From Raphidiopsis brookii D9 (GTDB lineage Bacteria > Cyanobacteriota > Cyanobacteriia > Cyanobacteriales > Nostocaceae), in contig ACYB01000042.1 in assembly GCA_000175855.1 (NCBI GenBank), positions 90,001 to 122,000 on the forward strand: 32,000 nt of DNA, written 5' to 3'. This document shows, in pieces, positions 18,020 through 28,606 of the stretch. Numbering within the stretch: the first letter of the stretch is position 1; each line of letters opens with the position of its first letter. A model generated the notes under the pieces. The model made no database searches. It saw only the letters and a list, made by a program, of their open reading frames with translations, and was not told the origin of the DNA. Made by a program: the position numbers and the translations under genes.

Positions 18020-20062
18020 ATGAAAAGTAGTTTTGTTTTCTTCCCGGTTTTTTTATTGAATCTGTTGGTGGTTTTTCCTGCTTGTGCGGGTGCTAAGGCG
18101 CATGCTCTAGAAATAGATGGAAACCCAGCGATCGCCAGTGAATTTTCCACCACAAGTACCAGTTTACCAACGGAGCAAGATGATTCAGATATTTCTGTAG
18201 ATGTGATAGGAGAAAAAGACGTTCTACCGGAATCTACTCCCACATATATCATTGACAAAGAGGAGATTCAAAAGCAAGGTGCGACAAATGTAGCTGACGT
18301 TTTAAAAAGAATGCCCGGTTTTACTATTAATAATGTAGGACATGGAGCAGATATTCACACGGGTACATACTATAGAGGTGCTTCCATTGATCAGTCTGTA
18401 TTTTTAATTAATGGGAGACCAATTAACACTAATATTAGTACCTATCATGGAGCTACGGATTTAAATAGTATTCCCGTAGAATCCATCGAAAGAATTGAAT
18501 TATATAGTGGTGGTGCTGCTTCTTTGTATGGTTCCTCTGCTTTTGGTGGTGTGGTTAACATCATCACTAAAGAAGGTTCTTCCAAGCCAAAACTTACTGG
18601 TACTGTAGAATTTGGCTCTTTAAATTTTAATAATCAACAGTTGAGTTATTCCGGTTCTGGTGACAAGGTAAAATACAATTTGAGTTTTGAAAGATTCTTC
18701 ATAGACAACCGTTATCCCGTACCTGAAGGAGCTGCTAATCGGACTGATGGTTTTTTATTCAATGCTGATACAGGGGTCAGTACTTATTTTGGTCGTGTTG
18801 GTTTAGATTTAGATCCTAAAAATTCTCTAAATTTTGATGTTAAGACTATTAGTAGTCGTCGAGGTTTAGTTTATTTTGGTTTTCCCCTCCAAAGGGATAG
18901 ATTAGACCATGATGCTGTGAATGTTGGGGTATCCTGGAAGACTAAATTGGGTCAAGATAATGATTCTAATCTCACAACCACTATTGGTTATAACCAAGAT
19001 TATTTTAGTACCTATGGACCAGCTAGAGCAAAGGGAATATCCTTCAATCGTACAGGAATCCTAGATACTAAACAAATTACTGCTAGGGTGGATCATGAGT
19101 GGAAACTGAGTCCCAATAATCAATTACGTTGGGGGTTAGATTTAAAAGGTACTAATTTAAAGGGTGATGTTATTAGCACCAGCACCGACCCAGTACTTGC
19201 TGGCAAAAATGAGAAGGAAGATAGACGTGTTCTCAACACAGCTTTATTTGGGGTCAATACTTGGAGGATTACCAATGATTTTTCAGTTGATTTGGGTTTA
19301 AGACAAAATATTGACAGCAAATTTGGCAGTTATTTAAATCCTAGTGTGGGTTTAAAGTATGCGATTAATCCTGTAGTTGCAGTGCGGGGAAGTTGGGGGG
19401 GAGCTCAACGAAATCCAGGGTTGGATCAATTATATGTTTTTGATACGGTTCATAACTGGGATCCTAATCCTGACTTAAAACCAGAAACTGGTTCCAATTG
19501 GACCGCAGGGTTTGATTTTAATATATCTAGCAATCTGTCAGCACAGTTGACTTATTTTGGGAGTAGTTTGGATAATCGCTTGTCTCTTGCTCCTCGTCCC
19601 GCTCCTAACCCATTTCAATGGGACAATGTGGGATTGGTAAGTACCAATGGTTTAGAAGGAGTTTTACAATATAGGTTTGCTCCCAATTGGTCTAGTTTTA
19701 TCAATTATACTTACACTGATGCGCAAATTAAAACAGGAACGGAAAAGGGACGACAGTTGGGTTTGATTCCTTACTCTTTACTACAAAGTGGTGTAGGTTA
19801 TGAAAACAAAGGTTGGGCGGCTAATTTATATTTGACTTATAATAGCGGTACTCGTCGTGCTTTGTTCACTAATGCTGGTCAGCAAGCTACGGACTTTGCT
19901 CCTAGTTTTGTTAACTTGGATTTGAGTGGTCGCATTCCCATGGGTAAAAATGTGGGACTGACTTTTTACCTGGAAAATCTCTTGGGTGAACAGTATGAAA
20001 AGGTAAATCGTATCTACAGTCCTGGTTTTACTTTTAGAGTAGGTGTCAACGCTACTATTTAG
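18020..20062 (+). CDS. TonB-dependent outer-membrane receptor (plug + beta-barrel)
   Basis: Signal peptide. Plug motifs VADVLKRMPGF, INGRPIN, IERIELYSGGAASLYGSSAFGGVVNIITK. Long beta-rich C-terminal region. The start is set at the ATG at 18020. Confidence 0.88.
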   Translation: MKSSFVFFPVFLLNLLVVFPACAGAKAHALEIDGNPAIASEFSTTSTSLPTEQDDSDISVDVIGEKDVLPESTPTYIIDKEEIQKQGATNVADVLKRMPGFTINNVGHGADIHTGTYYRGASIDQSVFLINGRPINTNISTYHGATDLNSIPVESIERIELYSGGAASLYGSSAFGGVVNIITKEGSSKPKLTGTVEFGSLNFNNQQLSYSGSGDKVKYNLSFERFFIDNRYPVPEGAANRTDGFLFNADTGVSTYFGRVGLDLDPKNSLNFDVKTISSRRGLVYFGFPLQRDRLDHDAVNVGVSWKTKLGQDNDSNLTTTIGYNQDYFSTYGPARAKGISFNRTGILDTKQITARVDHEWKLSPNNQLRWGLDLKGTNLKGDVISTSTDPVLAGKNEKEDRRVLNTALFGVNTWRITNDFSVDLGLRQNIDSKFGSYLNPSVGLKYAINPVVAVRGSWGGAQRNPGLDQLYVFDTVHNWDPNPDLKPETGSNWTAGFDFNISSNLSAQLTYFGSSLDNRLSLAPRPAPNPFQWDNVGLVSTNGLEGVLQYRFAPNWSSFINYTYTDAQIKTGTEKGRQLGLIPYSLLQSGVGYENKGWAANLYLTYNSGTRRALFTNAGQQATDFAPSFVNLDLSGRIPMGKNVGLTFYLENLLGEQYEKVNRIYSPGFTFRVGVNATI

Positions 20063-20070
20063 TTGGTTTA

Positions 20071-20116
20071 CTTGGGATGGGGGAAACCCTTTGTGGAAGT
20101 TTCTTCCATACCCAAG
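20071..20116. terminator. Compound stem-loop between the convergent TonB receptor gene and truB
   Basis: Outer stem CTTGGGATGG / CCATACCCAAG (10 bp with a 1-nt bulge) enclosing small hairpins GGGAAACCC and GGAAGTTTCTTCC. Confidence 0.35.
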
Positions 20117-20127
20117 AAATAGCAGGT

Positions 20128-21054
20128 TTATATTGGCTTAAACACCATTTGGGGTGTGAGAATCTCATTTTCTATTTTACCAATTCCCAAAAAGTTCTTA
20201 TGCTGTCGGTAAACCCTAACTACATCATTGAAACCAACTTCTACTGGCACTTTTTGTCCTTGACGCCATTTTTTGGCAATTGTTTCCTCTAAGTTGATAA
20301 ATGGTAAGTTTTCCAATGGTCTATCCGGAGCAATAGGTTCAAATGTCTGGGTCTGTAATTGGTTTTCTATGTCTAAAAAACTCAAACTGTTTTTTAAGTC
20401 AAAACCACTACTTTCAGTTCTAGTTAGTTTCACTAGTGTGGCACCTGTTTTTAACACTACCCCTAAATCCCGAGCGATCGCCCGAATATAAGTACCTGTA
20501 CCGCAGCATATAGCTAAATCCAATTCAGGAAAATCACTAGCACGCCAACCCAGAATATCTATTGTGAATACTTGTACAATTCTTGTTGGTGCTTGGAAGA
20601 TTTCTCCCTGTCGTGCCAAATCATATAATCGTTTACCATCCACTTGGATAGCGCTATATCTGGGAGGTATCTGTTGAATTAACCCGATAAATTGCCCAAT
20701 TTCCCTTTCTATGTCAGTTAACTTTAAATGGGGACAGGGTTCACAAGTAAGAACTTCCCCTTGTAAATCATCTGTGGTAGTTGTGATACCAAACCGGACT
20801 GTAGCTTGATATGCTTTATTGCTGGGTAAAAATTGCAACAATCTTGTAGCCCTACCAAGAGCAATGGGTAGTACTCCGGTAGCTGCTGGGTCTAGAGTTC
20901 CTGCATGTCCTACCCGTTTTAACCGCAGCAATTTTCTCACCCTAGCTACGCAGTCATGAGAGGTCCAGTTATCAGGTTTGTTTAAATTGAGAAATCCTTC
21001 CACGAAATAATTAGTACTTGCTGTATGTGGGTTGTTGTTCACAGAATGGGTCAT
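20128..21054 (-). CDS. truB: tRNA pseudouridine(55) synthase
   Basis: [22 protein letters not shown]...[24 protein letters not shown] contains the catalytic Asp motif. Its start overlaps the upstream stop (TAATG). Confidence 0.92.
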   Translation of the reverse strand: MTHSVNNNPHTASTNYFVEGFLNLNKPDNWTSHDCVARVRKLLRLKRVGHAGTLDPAATGVLPIALGRATRLLQFLPSNKAYQATVRFGITTTTDDLQGEVLTCEPCPHLKLTDIEREIGQFIGLIQQIPPRYSAIQVDGKRLYDLARQGEIFQAPTRIVQVFTIDILGWRASDFPELDLAICCGTGTYIRAIARDLGVVLKTGATLVKLTRTESSGFDLKNSLSFLDIENQLQTQTFEPIAPDRPLENLPFINLEETIAKKWRQGQKVPVEVGFNDVVRVYRQHKNFLGIGKIENEILTPQMVFKPI

Positions 21055-21977
21055 TAATTGATCACTTGAGCAATAACAGTTCTGTGCCTAGGACTATTGC
21101 TAGTCATACTTATAACTTTAAAGCCAGCATCTATTAATGACTTCTCCATATCTAGGGTAAAGTAATCATCTAAATAGGGTTCTGTACTTTTGAGCAGGGT
21201 AAAAACATAAGTGGGCATTTTTTTGTAAATCTCTGATTGGGGATTCATGTCCATAATGGTCAAATGGCCACCTGGACGTAAAACCCGTCTTGCTTCCAGA
21301 AAGATCTTTTGAGTAGCAGACTGGGGTAATTCATGACACATTAGAAAAATAGAAACCAGATCATAGGAATTATCTGGCATTCCTGTAGACTCCGCTGCTG
21401 CATGAAGCCAATTAATGGAATTTTGATATTGAGGACTTTGCTGGGAACGATAATTAGCAACAGCTAAAAAATAGGGAGATAAGTCCAAACCCGTAATTTG
21501 GCTTTGGGGATAAATTGCTTGTAAAGCAAAGGTACTCATTCCTACACTACAACCTAGGTCTAAAATATCCTTTGGTGTTTGGGTGATGAAGGTTTTCAGG
21601 ATATGGTGGTAGCTTTGTCTAAGTTTGGCATCTCCGTCAACAACCAAATCTGGCCAAACCTTTGCATGAACTGCATAAGCAGCAGATTCCACCTCAAAAG
21701 CAGCTTGCCAATTCATATTACCCGTTTCGTATGCGTGAAATGAGGTAAGATAGTAGTCTGGATAGGTAAGTTGAGGATTTTGTACTTGGGCCAGGTCATT
21801 GCTCCAGTCTCGTGCTTGTAACTTTTCCACTTCTTGATGCCAATTTACGCCTATTTTTTGGGCCCGTTTAATCATCATTTCTCTTGCTTGGTGTTTAGCA
21901 AAATCAAATAAGGGCTTAATAGAAAGTATCTTGTTGACAAAGTTTGAAGTTAAATCGGGTTTGATAGCAGTAGTCAT
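21054..21977 (-). CDS. Class I SAM-dependent methyltransferase
   Basis: Motif [13 protein letters not shown] and post-I DLSP. 307 aa. The substrate cannot be assigned from sequence alone. Confidence 0.75.
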   Translation of the reverse strand: MTTAIKPDLTSNFVNKILSIKPLFDFAKHQAREMMIKRAQKIGVNWHQEVEKLQARDWSNDLAQVQNPQLTYPDYYLTSFHAYETGNMNWQAAFEVESAAYAVHAKVWPDLVVDGDAKLRQSYHHILKTFITQTPKDILDLGCSVGMSTFALQAIYPQSQITGLDLSPYFLAVANYRSQQSPQYQNSINWLHAAAESTGMPDNSYDLVSIFLMCHELPQSATQKIFLEARRVLRPGGHLTIMDMNPQSEIYKKMPTYVFTLLKSTEPYLDDYFTLDMEKSLIDAGFKVISMTSNSPRHRTVIAQVIN

Positions 21978-22021
21978 GTGAATGTTTAGATGATGAGCAG
22001 TTGATTCAGATTGTATGCTTC

Positions 22022-23656
22022 CTACCTACTGGGTTTCAATCCCAATAACATTTCCAGTTGAGTGGTGGACTGATTGGGGTTGTGAAACGTCATCCCAAAA
22101 CCGCTAATTGAAGATAAAATAGCATTTGCATCTGGTGGTAAGGGTTGACCTGATATACTATTGACTATGGGGATAGTTTTGTCCATATCCAGGTAGAAAT
22201 AACCACCGTTGGGTTTTCCTAGGGAACTAATTACAGACTTAAAATTGTTGCTTTTGTCAATGGTTTGTCCCTTATTGTCAGCCAGTTTCTCCCCCACTGG
22301 ACCGCCAACCGCCATAAATACGGTATCTTGGTCTGACCAACCATGGGTAAATAAAATTCCTCCCCCCGGAACCCCCCACTCCGTAATGTTTTTATTGTTA
22401 ATGTTTCTTTGCGCTACTGTTAATGACTGCTTTCTGGCTAAATCATCTAGTTTCTTTAAGGTTGTTTCCGCTGTCGGGCGATCGCTCGTATCAAAAACCA
22501 TTGCTATACCAAATCCACTATTAGCTAGTAGTCCTTGATTTGACTTAACTGCGCTCCAAGCAAACTCTCCATCCATCCAGCTAAATATGTCCTTATTGAG
22601 ATCAATATTAGCATTGTTTTGGAATTGTTGTTTTACTTGTTGAATCCCTTGCCAAATTTGAGGATCATTTTTTGATTCGTCTACGAAACTTAGCCAGGTG
22701 CGATTAATGTTTTTCCCGGTGACCAAACCAATAGTGTCTTCAGGAATCAGTTCCAGTATTTTGGAAGAACTGCTTTGATACTCTACCGTATTGAGCTTAG
22801 GATCTAAATTTACCACTGCTTTAAATCTTAGTCCCCAATCATCAATCCCAACTTTAGCTACTAGTGATTTTACTCGCTTAATTTGTTCTAAAACTTGTGG
22901 TTGTAATTGTCCACCATTCGGATTTGACGCACTCAATTCCTTGATCATTCTACCATAATCAGGTACGTATACTTGACCTAGACTATTTTGTAAATCTACT
23001 GTTTGAGTAAGAATACTTTTACTTGCTTCCCCATTTGCAAAGGAAGGTTGACCTTTAAAGGTATCAATGGCCTTTTCTACAGTTTCTTTTTGATCAGATA
23101 ATAGTATATATGCATTGTTCAGCAGACAAAGATAACTAGACTTACTCTTGTTATTACTAGAAATAATTTTCTCCCCCTTGTAGTTAGACTCCTCAGTTTT
23201 GAGAGTCTTTTGCTGTCTCAATTTATTAGCAAAATTTAGGGCACCAAACTTATCCTTAATGCCAACTACTAGTAGGTTAGGTGCTGAGAGAGATAAATTC
23301 CCATTAGGGTTTGATGGTAATACAGCAAGGGTGACACCACCAATCCAGGGTTGGATATCCTTTTCATAGGAAATATTGTTTTCAAATATACTTTGATTGA
23401 CGGACTGCAATCGTTGAGTTACTACTTGTCGCGCTTGGGAAGTACCAAATTTGCCCAGTTTACTCCACAGTTGTGGGTCCGTATTGAAGTAAGTTACCAT
23501 TAAAGTGTTGCTAGGAATTAATTTAGCAACCTCTAATGGACTGTCACTTCCAAAAGAATTTAGGTATACATAAGTAGATATACCCCCCGCAACCACTATA
23601 GTAGCGCCAACAGCGGGAATTAGGAACTTGGATTTACTCTTAGTCATCATCATCAT
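22022..23656 (-). CDS. Membrane-anchored conserved cyanobacterial protein (DUF3352-like)
   Basis: Start at the MMMM run (CAT x4 at 23645-23656), since the ORF maximum begins with TTG. N-terminal TM helix FLIPAVGATIVVAGG. The family assignment is from memory only. Confidence 0.6.
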   Translation of the reverse strand: MMMMTKSKSKFLIPAVGATIVVAGGISTYVYLNSFGSDSPLEVAKLIPSNTLMVTYFNTDPQLWSKLGKFGTSQARQVVTQRLQSVNQSIFENNISYEKDIQPWIGGVTLAVLPSNPNGNLSLSAPNLLVVGIKDKFGALNFANKLRQQKTLKTEESNYKGEKIISSNNKSKSSYLCLLNNAYILLSDQKETVEKAIDTFKGQPSFANGEASKSILTQTVDLQNSLGQVYVPDYGRMIKELSASNPNGGQLQPQVLEQIKRVKSLVAKVGIDDWGLRFKAVVNLDPKLNTVEYQSSSSKILELIPEDTIGLVTGKNINRTWLSFVDESKNDPQIWQGIQQVKQQFQNNANIDLNKDIFSWMDGEFAWSAVKSNQGLLANSGFGIAMVFDTSDRPTAETTLKKLDDLARKQSLTVAQRNINNKNITEWGVPGGGILFTHGWSDQDTVFMAVGGPVGEKLADNKGQTIDKSNNFKSVISSLGKPNGGYFYLDMDKTIPIVNSISGQPLPPDANAILSSISGFGMTFHNPNQSTTQLEMLLGLKPSR

Positions 23657-23877
23657 CCTATCGGGTTGAAAATATATTAAATACAAATACTAACAAAGTC
23701 CATCACTAAGTTTCTGGGAGTAAATTAATATCTGCTTTATGATAACCTGGATATGGTCTGGGAAAATTTTGTTAAAGATTTCAAATTACCCAATATCAGA
23801 TGATACGAATTATATGAAACTTGGGTAATCTATTCTGTTGAAGAAAATGTTCAGGATGACAAGGCTATTAATAAACA

Positions 23878-26466
23878 ATGTTACAATTCTATTTTGATAC
23901 AGATAAAAAAAGATACAAATCTTTCGAACTACCAGGAGCTAAACCACATTATAATCCTGATAAGCCAGGAAAAGTAGAGCATATTTTTCTGAATTTGAGT
24001 TTAGACATTTACAACCAAACTTGTTTTGGTGATTGTAGCATTAGTCTATTACCAATACGAAATCACATTGATAGATTAGTATTGGATGCTGTCAACCTGA
24101 AAATAAAATCTGTCTTAATCAATGAAGTTGAGCAGAAGTTTGAACATGATGGAAAAAAGCTTGATATTTACTTGTCTGAAGGCACCCAGTGTGGTAAAAA
24201 GTTGTTACTAGCGATCGCCTACTCAGTAGAAAAGCCCCAAAGAGGAATTTACTTTATCCAACCGGACAAATACCACCCCCATAAACCAACTCAGGTATGG
24301 ACTCAAGGTGAAGACGAGGATTCCCGTTACTGGTTTCCCTGTTTTGATTATCCGGGACAGTTATCCACCTCAGAAATTCGTGTTCGTGTGCCCAAACCTC
24401 TCATGGCAATTTCCAATGGTGAGTTAATTGAGACATTAGAGGATGGAGATTATCAAATTTATCACTGGGTTCAAAAACAGGTACATCCAACCTATTTAAT
24501 GACCTTAGCCGTCAGTGATTTTTCAGAGATAAAACAGGCGTGGCAAGATAAAACTATCAGTTATTACGTAGAGAAAGGGAGAGAAGCAGATGCTGAACGC
24601 AGCTTAGGCAAAACTCCTCGTATGGTAGACTTTTTAAGTCAAAGCTATGGTTATATGTATCCTTACCCCAAGTATGCTCAAGTTTGTGTCGATGACTTCA
24701 TTTTTGGGGGAATGGAAAACACTTCTACCACCCTGCTAACAGATCGGTGCTTGCTAGATGAAAGATCCCTATTAGACAACCGCAATACAGAAAGTTTAGT
24801 TGTCCATGAATTGGCGCACCAATGGTTTGGTGACTTATTAGTAATTAAACACTGGTCCCATGCTTGGATTAAGGAAGGGATGGCCTCCTATTCCGAAGTG
24901 ATGTGGACAGAGCATGAATACGGACTAGAGGAAGCAGCTTACTATCGTTTATTAGAAGCACGTAGTTATTTAAATGAAGACAGTCACCGTTATCGTCGTC
25001 CCATGGTAACTCATGTTTACCGAGAAGCGATAGAACTGTATGATCGCCATATTTACGAAAAAGGTTCCTGTGTTTATCACATGATTCGCGCAGAGCTGGG
25101 GGAAGAACTATTTTGGCAAGCGATTCGCACCTTTGTTCAAGATTATGCTCACCAAACGGTAGAAACCATAGATTTATTGCGGTCCATAGAAAAAGCGACA
25201 GGGAGAAATTTGAGTTTCTTATTTGACCAGTACGTTTATCGTGGTGGTCATCCGGATTTTAAAATTACTTACTCTTGGGATGGAGATGGTAACCTAGGAA
25301 AACTCACAGTAACTCAAACTCAAGCTAGTGATGAAAGAGATCTATTTGACCTCAAGATTCCCATTGGTTTTGGTTATAGAGCGGAAAAATCCCCCCTGAA
25401 AACCTTTATTGTGCGGATTAATGAACGAGAACAAAGTTTTTACTTTCCTTTGGGAGAAAAACCAGATTTTATCAGTTTTGATGTAGGCAATAATTTTTTA
25501 AAAACTGTAGTTTTGGAATATCCCCTACCAGAACTAAAAGCCCAGTTAGAATGTGACCCCCATCCAGTTTCTCGTATTTATGCAGCAGAAGCACTAGCCA
25601 AAAAAGGTGGTTGGGAGGTTATAAAAGCTTTATCCAACGCCTTACAAAACGATCCCTTTTGGGGTGTGAGAGCAGAAGTTGCCAAAAACCTGGCAGAAGT
25701 TAAGCTAGATCAGGTCTTTGAGAGTTTAGTTTCTGGGTTGGGAGATACCAGTCCCTTTGTGCGAGTAGCGGTGGTTGAGTCCCTATCTCAAATCAAAACC
25801 TATTCTAGTTATCAAGCTGTGAAAGAACTGGTAGAAAAAGGAGACCAAAGCTATTATGTAGAAGCTGCAGCTTGTCAAAGTTTGGGATTAATTAGTGCTA
25901 CTAACCTAGATGAAAACATTGATGAAGATATTACAATTAACTTATTGGCATCTGTTTTACAATCAAGAGCAGGTTGGAATGAAATAGTTAGAAGTGGTGC
26001 AATTGCTGGATTATCACAATTTAACACATCAGAAGCTGCCTTAAATTTAGTCTTAGAATACAGCAAACTAGGGGTTTCTCAAGCATTGCGATTATCTGCT
26101 ATTAAAGCTTTGGGTAAAATTTCCCTAGGTCAAAGTCCAGCCAATCTAGAACGAATTTTAGGTCAATTAGGAGAAATAGCTAAGGAGACATTCTTTTTAA
26201 CCCAAATCGCTGTAATCAGCGCTTTAGGAAAAATGGAAACACCAAAAGCAATTGGCATTTTACAAAGTCTAGCTGATCAAACCTCTGATGGAAGGGTTAG
26301 ACGCTACGCACAGGAAGAAATTCCTAAAGTTCAAAAGCACATTGGATCAGAAAAAAGTCTCCGTCACATGCGTGAAGAATTAGACCAGCTCAAACAACAA
26401 AATCAGGAGTTAAGAAGTCGTCTGGAGAATTTAGAAGCCAAATCCAAGACAGTTGCTAAAACTTAG
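23878..26466 (+). CDS. M1-family zinc aminopeptidase (aminopeptidase N-like) with C-terminal HEAT/PBS-lyase-like repeats and a terminal coiled coil
   Basis: Exopeptidase motif GGMENTS. Zinc motif HELAHQWFGD with the downstream WIKEG Glu. C-terminal repeats ...DPFWGVRAEVAKNL... and ...SPFVRVAVVESL... Heptad-like tail ELDQLKQQNQELRSRLENLE. Confidence 0.88.
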   Translation: MLQFYFDTDKKRYKSFELPGAKPHYNPDKPGKVEHIFLNLSLDIYNQTCFGDCSISLLPIRNHIDRLVLDAVNLKIKSVLINEVEQKFEHDGKKLDIYLSEGTQCGKKLLLAIAYSVEKPQRGIYFIQPDKYHPHKPTQVWTQGEDEDSRYWFPCFDYPGQLSTSEIRVRVPKPLMAISNGELIETLEDGDYQIYHWVQKQVHPTYLMTLAVSDFSEIKQAWQDKTISYYVEKGREADAERSLGKTPRMVDFLSQSYGYMYPYPKYAQVCVDDFIFGGMENTSTTLLTDRCLLDERSLLDNRNTESLVVHELAHQWFGDLLVIKHWSHAWIKEGMASYSEVMWTEHEYGLEEAAYYRLLEARSYLNEDSHRYRRPMVTHVYREAIELYDRHIYEKGSCVYHMIRAELGEELFWQAIRTFVQDYAHQTVETIDLLRSIEKATGRNLSFLFDQYVYRGGHPDFKITYSWDGDGNLGKLTVTQTQASDERDLFDLKIPIGFGYRAEKSPLKTFIVRINEREQSFYFPLGEKPDFISFDVGNNFLKTVVLEYPLPELKAQLECDPHPVSRIYAAEALAKKGGWEVIKALSNALQNDPFWGVRAEVAKNLAEVKLDQVFESLVSGLGDTSPFVRVAVVESLSQIKTYSSYQAVKELVEKGDQSYYVEAAACQSLGLISATNLDENIDEDITINLLASVLQSRAGWNEIVRSGAIAGLSQFNTSEAALNLVLEYSKLGVSQALRLSAIKALGKISLGQSPANLERILGQLGEIAKETFFLTQIAVISALGKMETPKAIGILQSLADQTSDGRVRRYAQEEIPKVQKHIGSEKSLRHMREELDQLKQQNQELRSRLENLEAKSKTVAKT

Positions 26467-26479
26467 AATTTACTGTACT

Positions 26480-27220
26480 CTAAAGAATTTGTGATAGAAA
26501 CTTTCGCGTTCTTTCCTCTTTAGGTGCAGTAAAAAACAAATCCGGAGTTGTGTCTTCGACCAAATAACCTTCATCCATAAAAATCACTCTGTCAGCAACT
26601 TCCCTGGCAAAACCAACTTCATGGGTCACTACTACCATGGTCATTCCCTCCCGAGCAAGATTCCGCATCACATCTAAAACCTCTCTCACCATTTCTGGAT
26701 CCAGCGCGGATGTGGGTTCATCAAATAACATAATTTTCGGTTGCATGGCTAATGCACGCGCTATGGCTACCCGTTGTTGTTGTCCCCCCGATAATTGTCC
26801 TGGATATTTATTAGCTTGAGCTAAAATTCCCACTCTTTCTAATAGCTCTATTGCCAATTCTTCTGCTTTGACTTTTGGCAATTTCCGCACCCAAATTGGT
26901 GCTAGGGTGATGTTTTGTAACACGGTTAAATGGGGAAATAAGTTAAACTGTTGAAACACCATTCCTGTTTCTGACCTGATGGCTTCAATATTTTTTAAAT
27001 CACTACTCAAGGTAATACCATCAATAATTATTCTCCCCTGTTGACATGCTTCCAGTGCATTAAATGTACGTATGAAGGTTGACTTTCCTGACCCTGATGG
27101 GCCCATTAAGACTACTACCTCACCCCGATATACTTTTAAACTCACACCTTTCAGCACATGGAACTTACCATACCATTTATGTACATCTTCTGCAATAATA
27201 ATTGCTCGTGGTGTTTTCAT
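26480..27220 (-). CDS. Polar amino-acid ABC transporter ATP-binding protein (GlnQ/BgtA-like)
   Basis: Walker [10 protein letters not shown], signature [15 protein letters not shown], Walker [13 protein letters not shown]-loop VVVTHE. Confidence 0.9.
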   Translation of the reverse strand: MKTPRAIIIAEDVHKWYGKFHVLKGVSLKVYRGEVVVLMGPSGSGKSTFIRTFNALEACQQGRIIIDGITLSSDLKNIEAIRSETGMVFQQFNLFPHLTVLQNITLAPIWVRKLPKVKAEELAIELLERVGILAQANKYPGQLSGGQQQRVAIARALAMQPKIMLFDEPTSALDPEMVREVLDVMRNLAREGMTMVVVTHEVGFAREVADRVIFMDEGYLVEDTTPDLFFTAPKEERTRKFLSQIL

Positions 27221-27262
27221 CGGAAATTATGGGTTTGTTTGGAATTTAATTACCATTTTACC

Positions 27263-28606
27263 TTAGCTCAACTGTTTACCATGGGCACTAAATTGAGCAT
27301 TTCTGAGGGATTGGACGGTAAGACTTGCATCTTGTACCCAATACTGCTTACCAAACCGAACTACTTGACGGTAACTCCCCGCTTGAATTATTCCAATCAC
27401 AGGAACTTTGGCTTTATCTTTATCCCCCGATTGTTCTTTTAAAATAGAGCGTAAATGGTGTTGAGTATCAATACTACTGGCTTCATCAGGATTTAATTCT
27501 ACCACTACCATCTGAATTTTCTCTACCTGCTCTGCATCTTCCACCAGTAATTGGGTCTGTTCATCCCGTTTATCTACCTTCCCCCACACAATTAATCTGG
27601 CGTCAATTTCTAGTATTCCATTAATCCGCTCATAGGTTTTGGGAAATACAACTGCTTCTGAGGTTGTGGTTAAATCTTCAATTTGTAAAATTGCCATTTG
27701 CTCCCCTTTTTTGGTCATCACTTTTTTGACGTGATTCAGCATGACTACTACACAAACTAGATTTTTATCCTTTTGCTCTCCTAAATCGACAAGATTAATG
27801 GGCGCTAATAAGGATGAGGATTGTTTAATATTTTTCAAAGGATGGGCTGATACATAAAAACCTAATAATTCTTTTTCCATTCGCAGTTTTTCCTGGGGGG
27901 GATAGTCTGACACTGGGTCTGCTTTAGGTATGGACTTAAATCCATTGTTGCTACTTGTTGACGCGTTCCTAGTGCCAGCACCCATGAAATCAAATAGGTT
28001 TCCTTGACCAATAGCTCTATCTTTAGCACGGGATTGGGCCCATTCATATACTAATTCTAAATCTTTAACTAATTGATGGCGGTTTGACTCTATTTTATCA
28101 AATGCTCCACATTGAATTAATGACTCTAGGGTGCGACGATTGACAACCCGCAAATCAATGCGATCGCAAAAGTCACCTAGGGATTTAAATTCTGCTCCTT
28201 TTTCCCGAGCATCTAAAATAGCTGCGATCGCATTTTGTCCCACATTACGCACTGCGGAGAATCCAAATAGTATTTTCTGATCTGCTGGTGTAAAATCTAA
28301 CCCAGAACGATTAATATCCGGGGGATCAATTTCAATCCCCATGTTATTACAATTGTTGAGATATTTCTGAACTTTATCCGTATCCCCACTGTTAGCTGTT
28401 AACAGTGCTGCCATATATTCCAAGGGGTAATTAGCTTTTAAATATGCTGTTTGGTAAGTGACATAACCATAGGCGGTAGAGTGAGATTTATTGAAGCAGT
28501 TGGAAGCAACCAAGCCATTTTTGATGATAAAATTGTGGTCTTTGGCGACTCCAATGTCATAAACATCCGCTTTTCCTAAATATCGGCGAGAAACTATTTT
28601 CACCAT
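27263..28606 (-). CDS. dnaE: DNA polymerase III alpha subunit, C-terminal half (split dnaE) beginning with the C-intein fragment
   Basis: MVKIVSRRYLGKADVYDIGVAKDHNFIIKNGLVASN followed by CFNKSHSTAYGYVTYQTAYLKANYP closely parallels the known Npu/Ssp DnaE IntC-extein junction. An OB-fold-type C-terminal region follows. Confidence 0.93.
   Translation of the reverse strand: MVKIVSRRYLGKADVYDIGVAKDHNFIIKNGLVASNCFNKSHSTAYGYVTYQTAYLKANYPLEYMAALLTANSGDTDKVQKYLNNCNNMGIEIDPPDINRSGLDFTPADQKILFGFSAVRNVGQNAIAAILDAREKGAEFKSLGDFCDRIDLRVVNRRTLESLIQCGAFDKIESNRHQLVKDLELVYEWAQSRAKDRAIGQGNLFDFMGAGTRNASTSSNNGFKSIPKADPVSDYPPQEKLRMEKELLGFYVSAHPLKNIKQSSSLLAPINLVDLGEQKDKNLVCVVVMLNHVKKVMTKKGEQMAILQIEDLTTTSEAVVFPKTYERINGILEIDARLIVWGKVDKRDEQTQLLVEDAEQVEKIQMVVVELNPDEASSIDTQHHLRSILKEQSGDKDKAKVPVIGIIQAGSYRQVVRFGKQYWVQDASLTVQSLRNAQFSAHGKQLS
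28499..28606 (-). mobile_element. C-terminal fragment (IntC, 36 aa) of the DnaE split intein
   Basis: Ends in the ..HNF..NG.VASN / C+1 FN junction. Asn codon at 28499-28501, +1 Cys codon at 28496-28498. Confidence 0.9.

Noticed and set aside
20041-20062. The TonB receptor ending in Ile (..GVNATI*) rather than the usual aromatic terminal residue, as a hint of another frameshift
   Set aside because: No alternative frame continues past the stop, and the preceding beta-strand pattern is intact. The terminal-residue rule is not absolute.
23785-23829. A 9-bp inverted repeat ATTACCCAA...TTGGGTAAT with a 27-nt loop upstream of the aminopeptidase gene
   Set aside because: The stem is short and AT-rich, the loop is long, and there is no supporting context. 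It could be chance.
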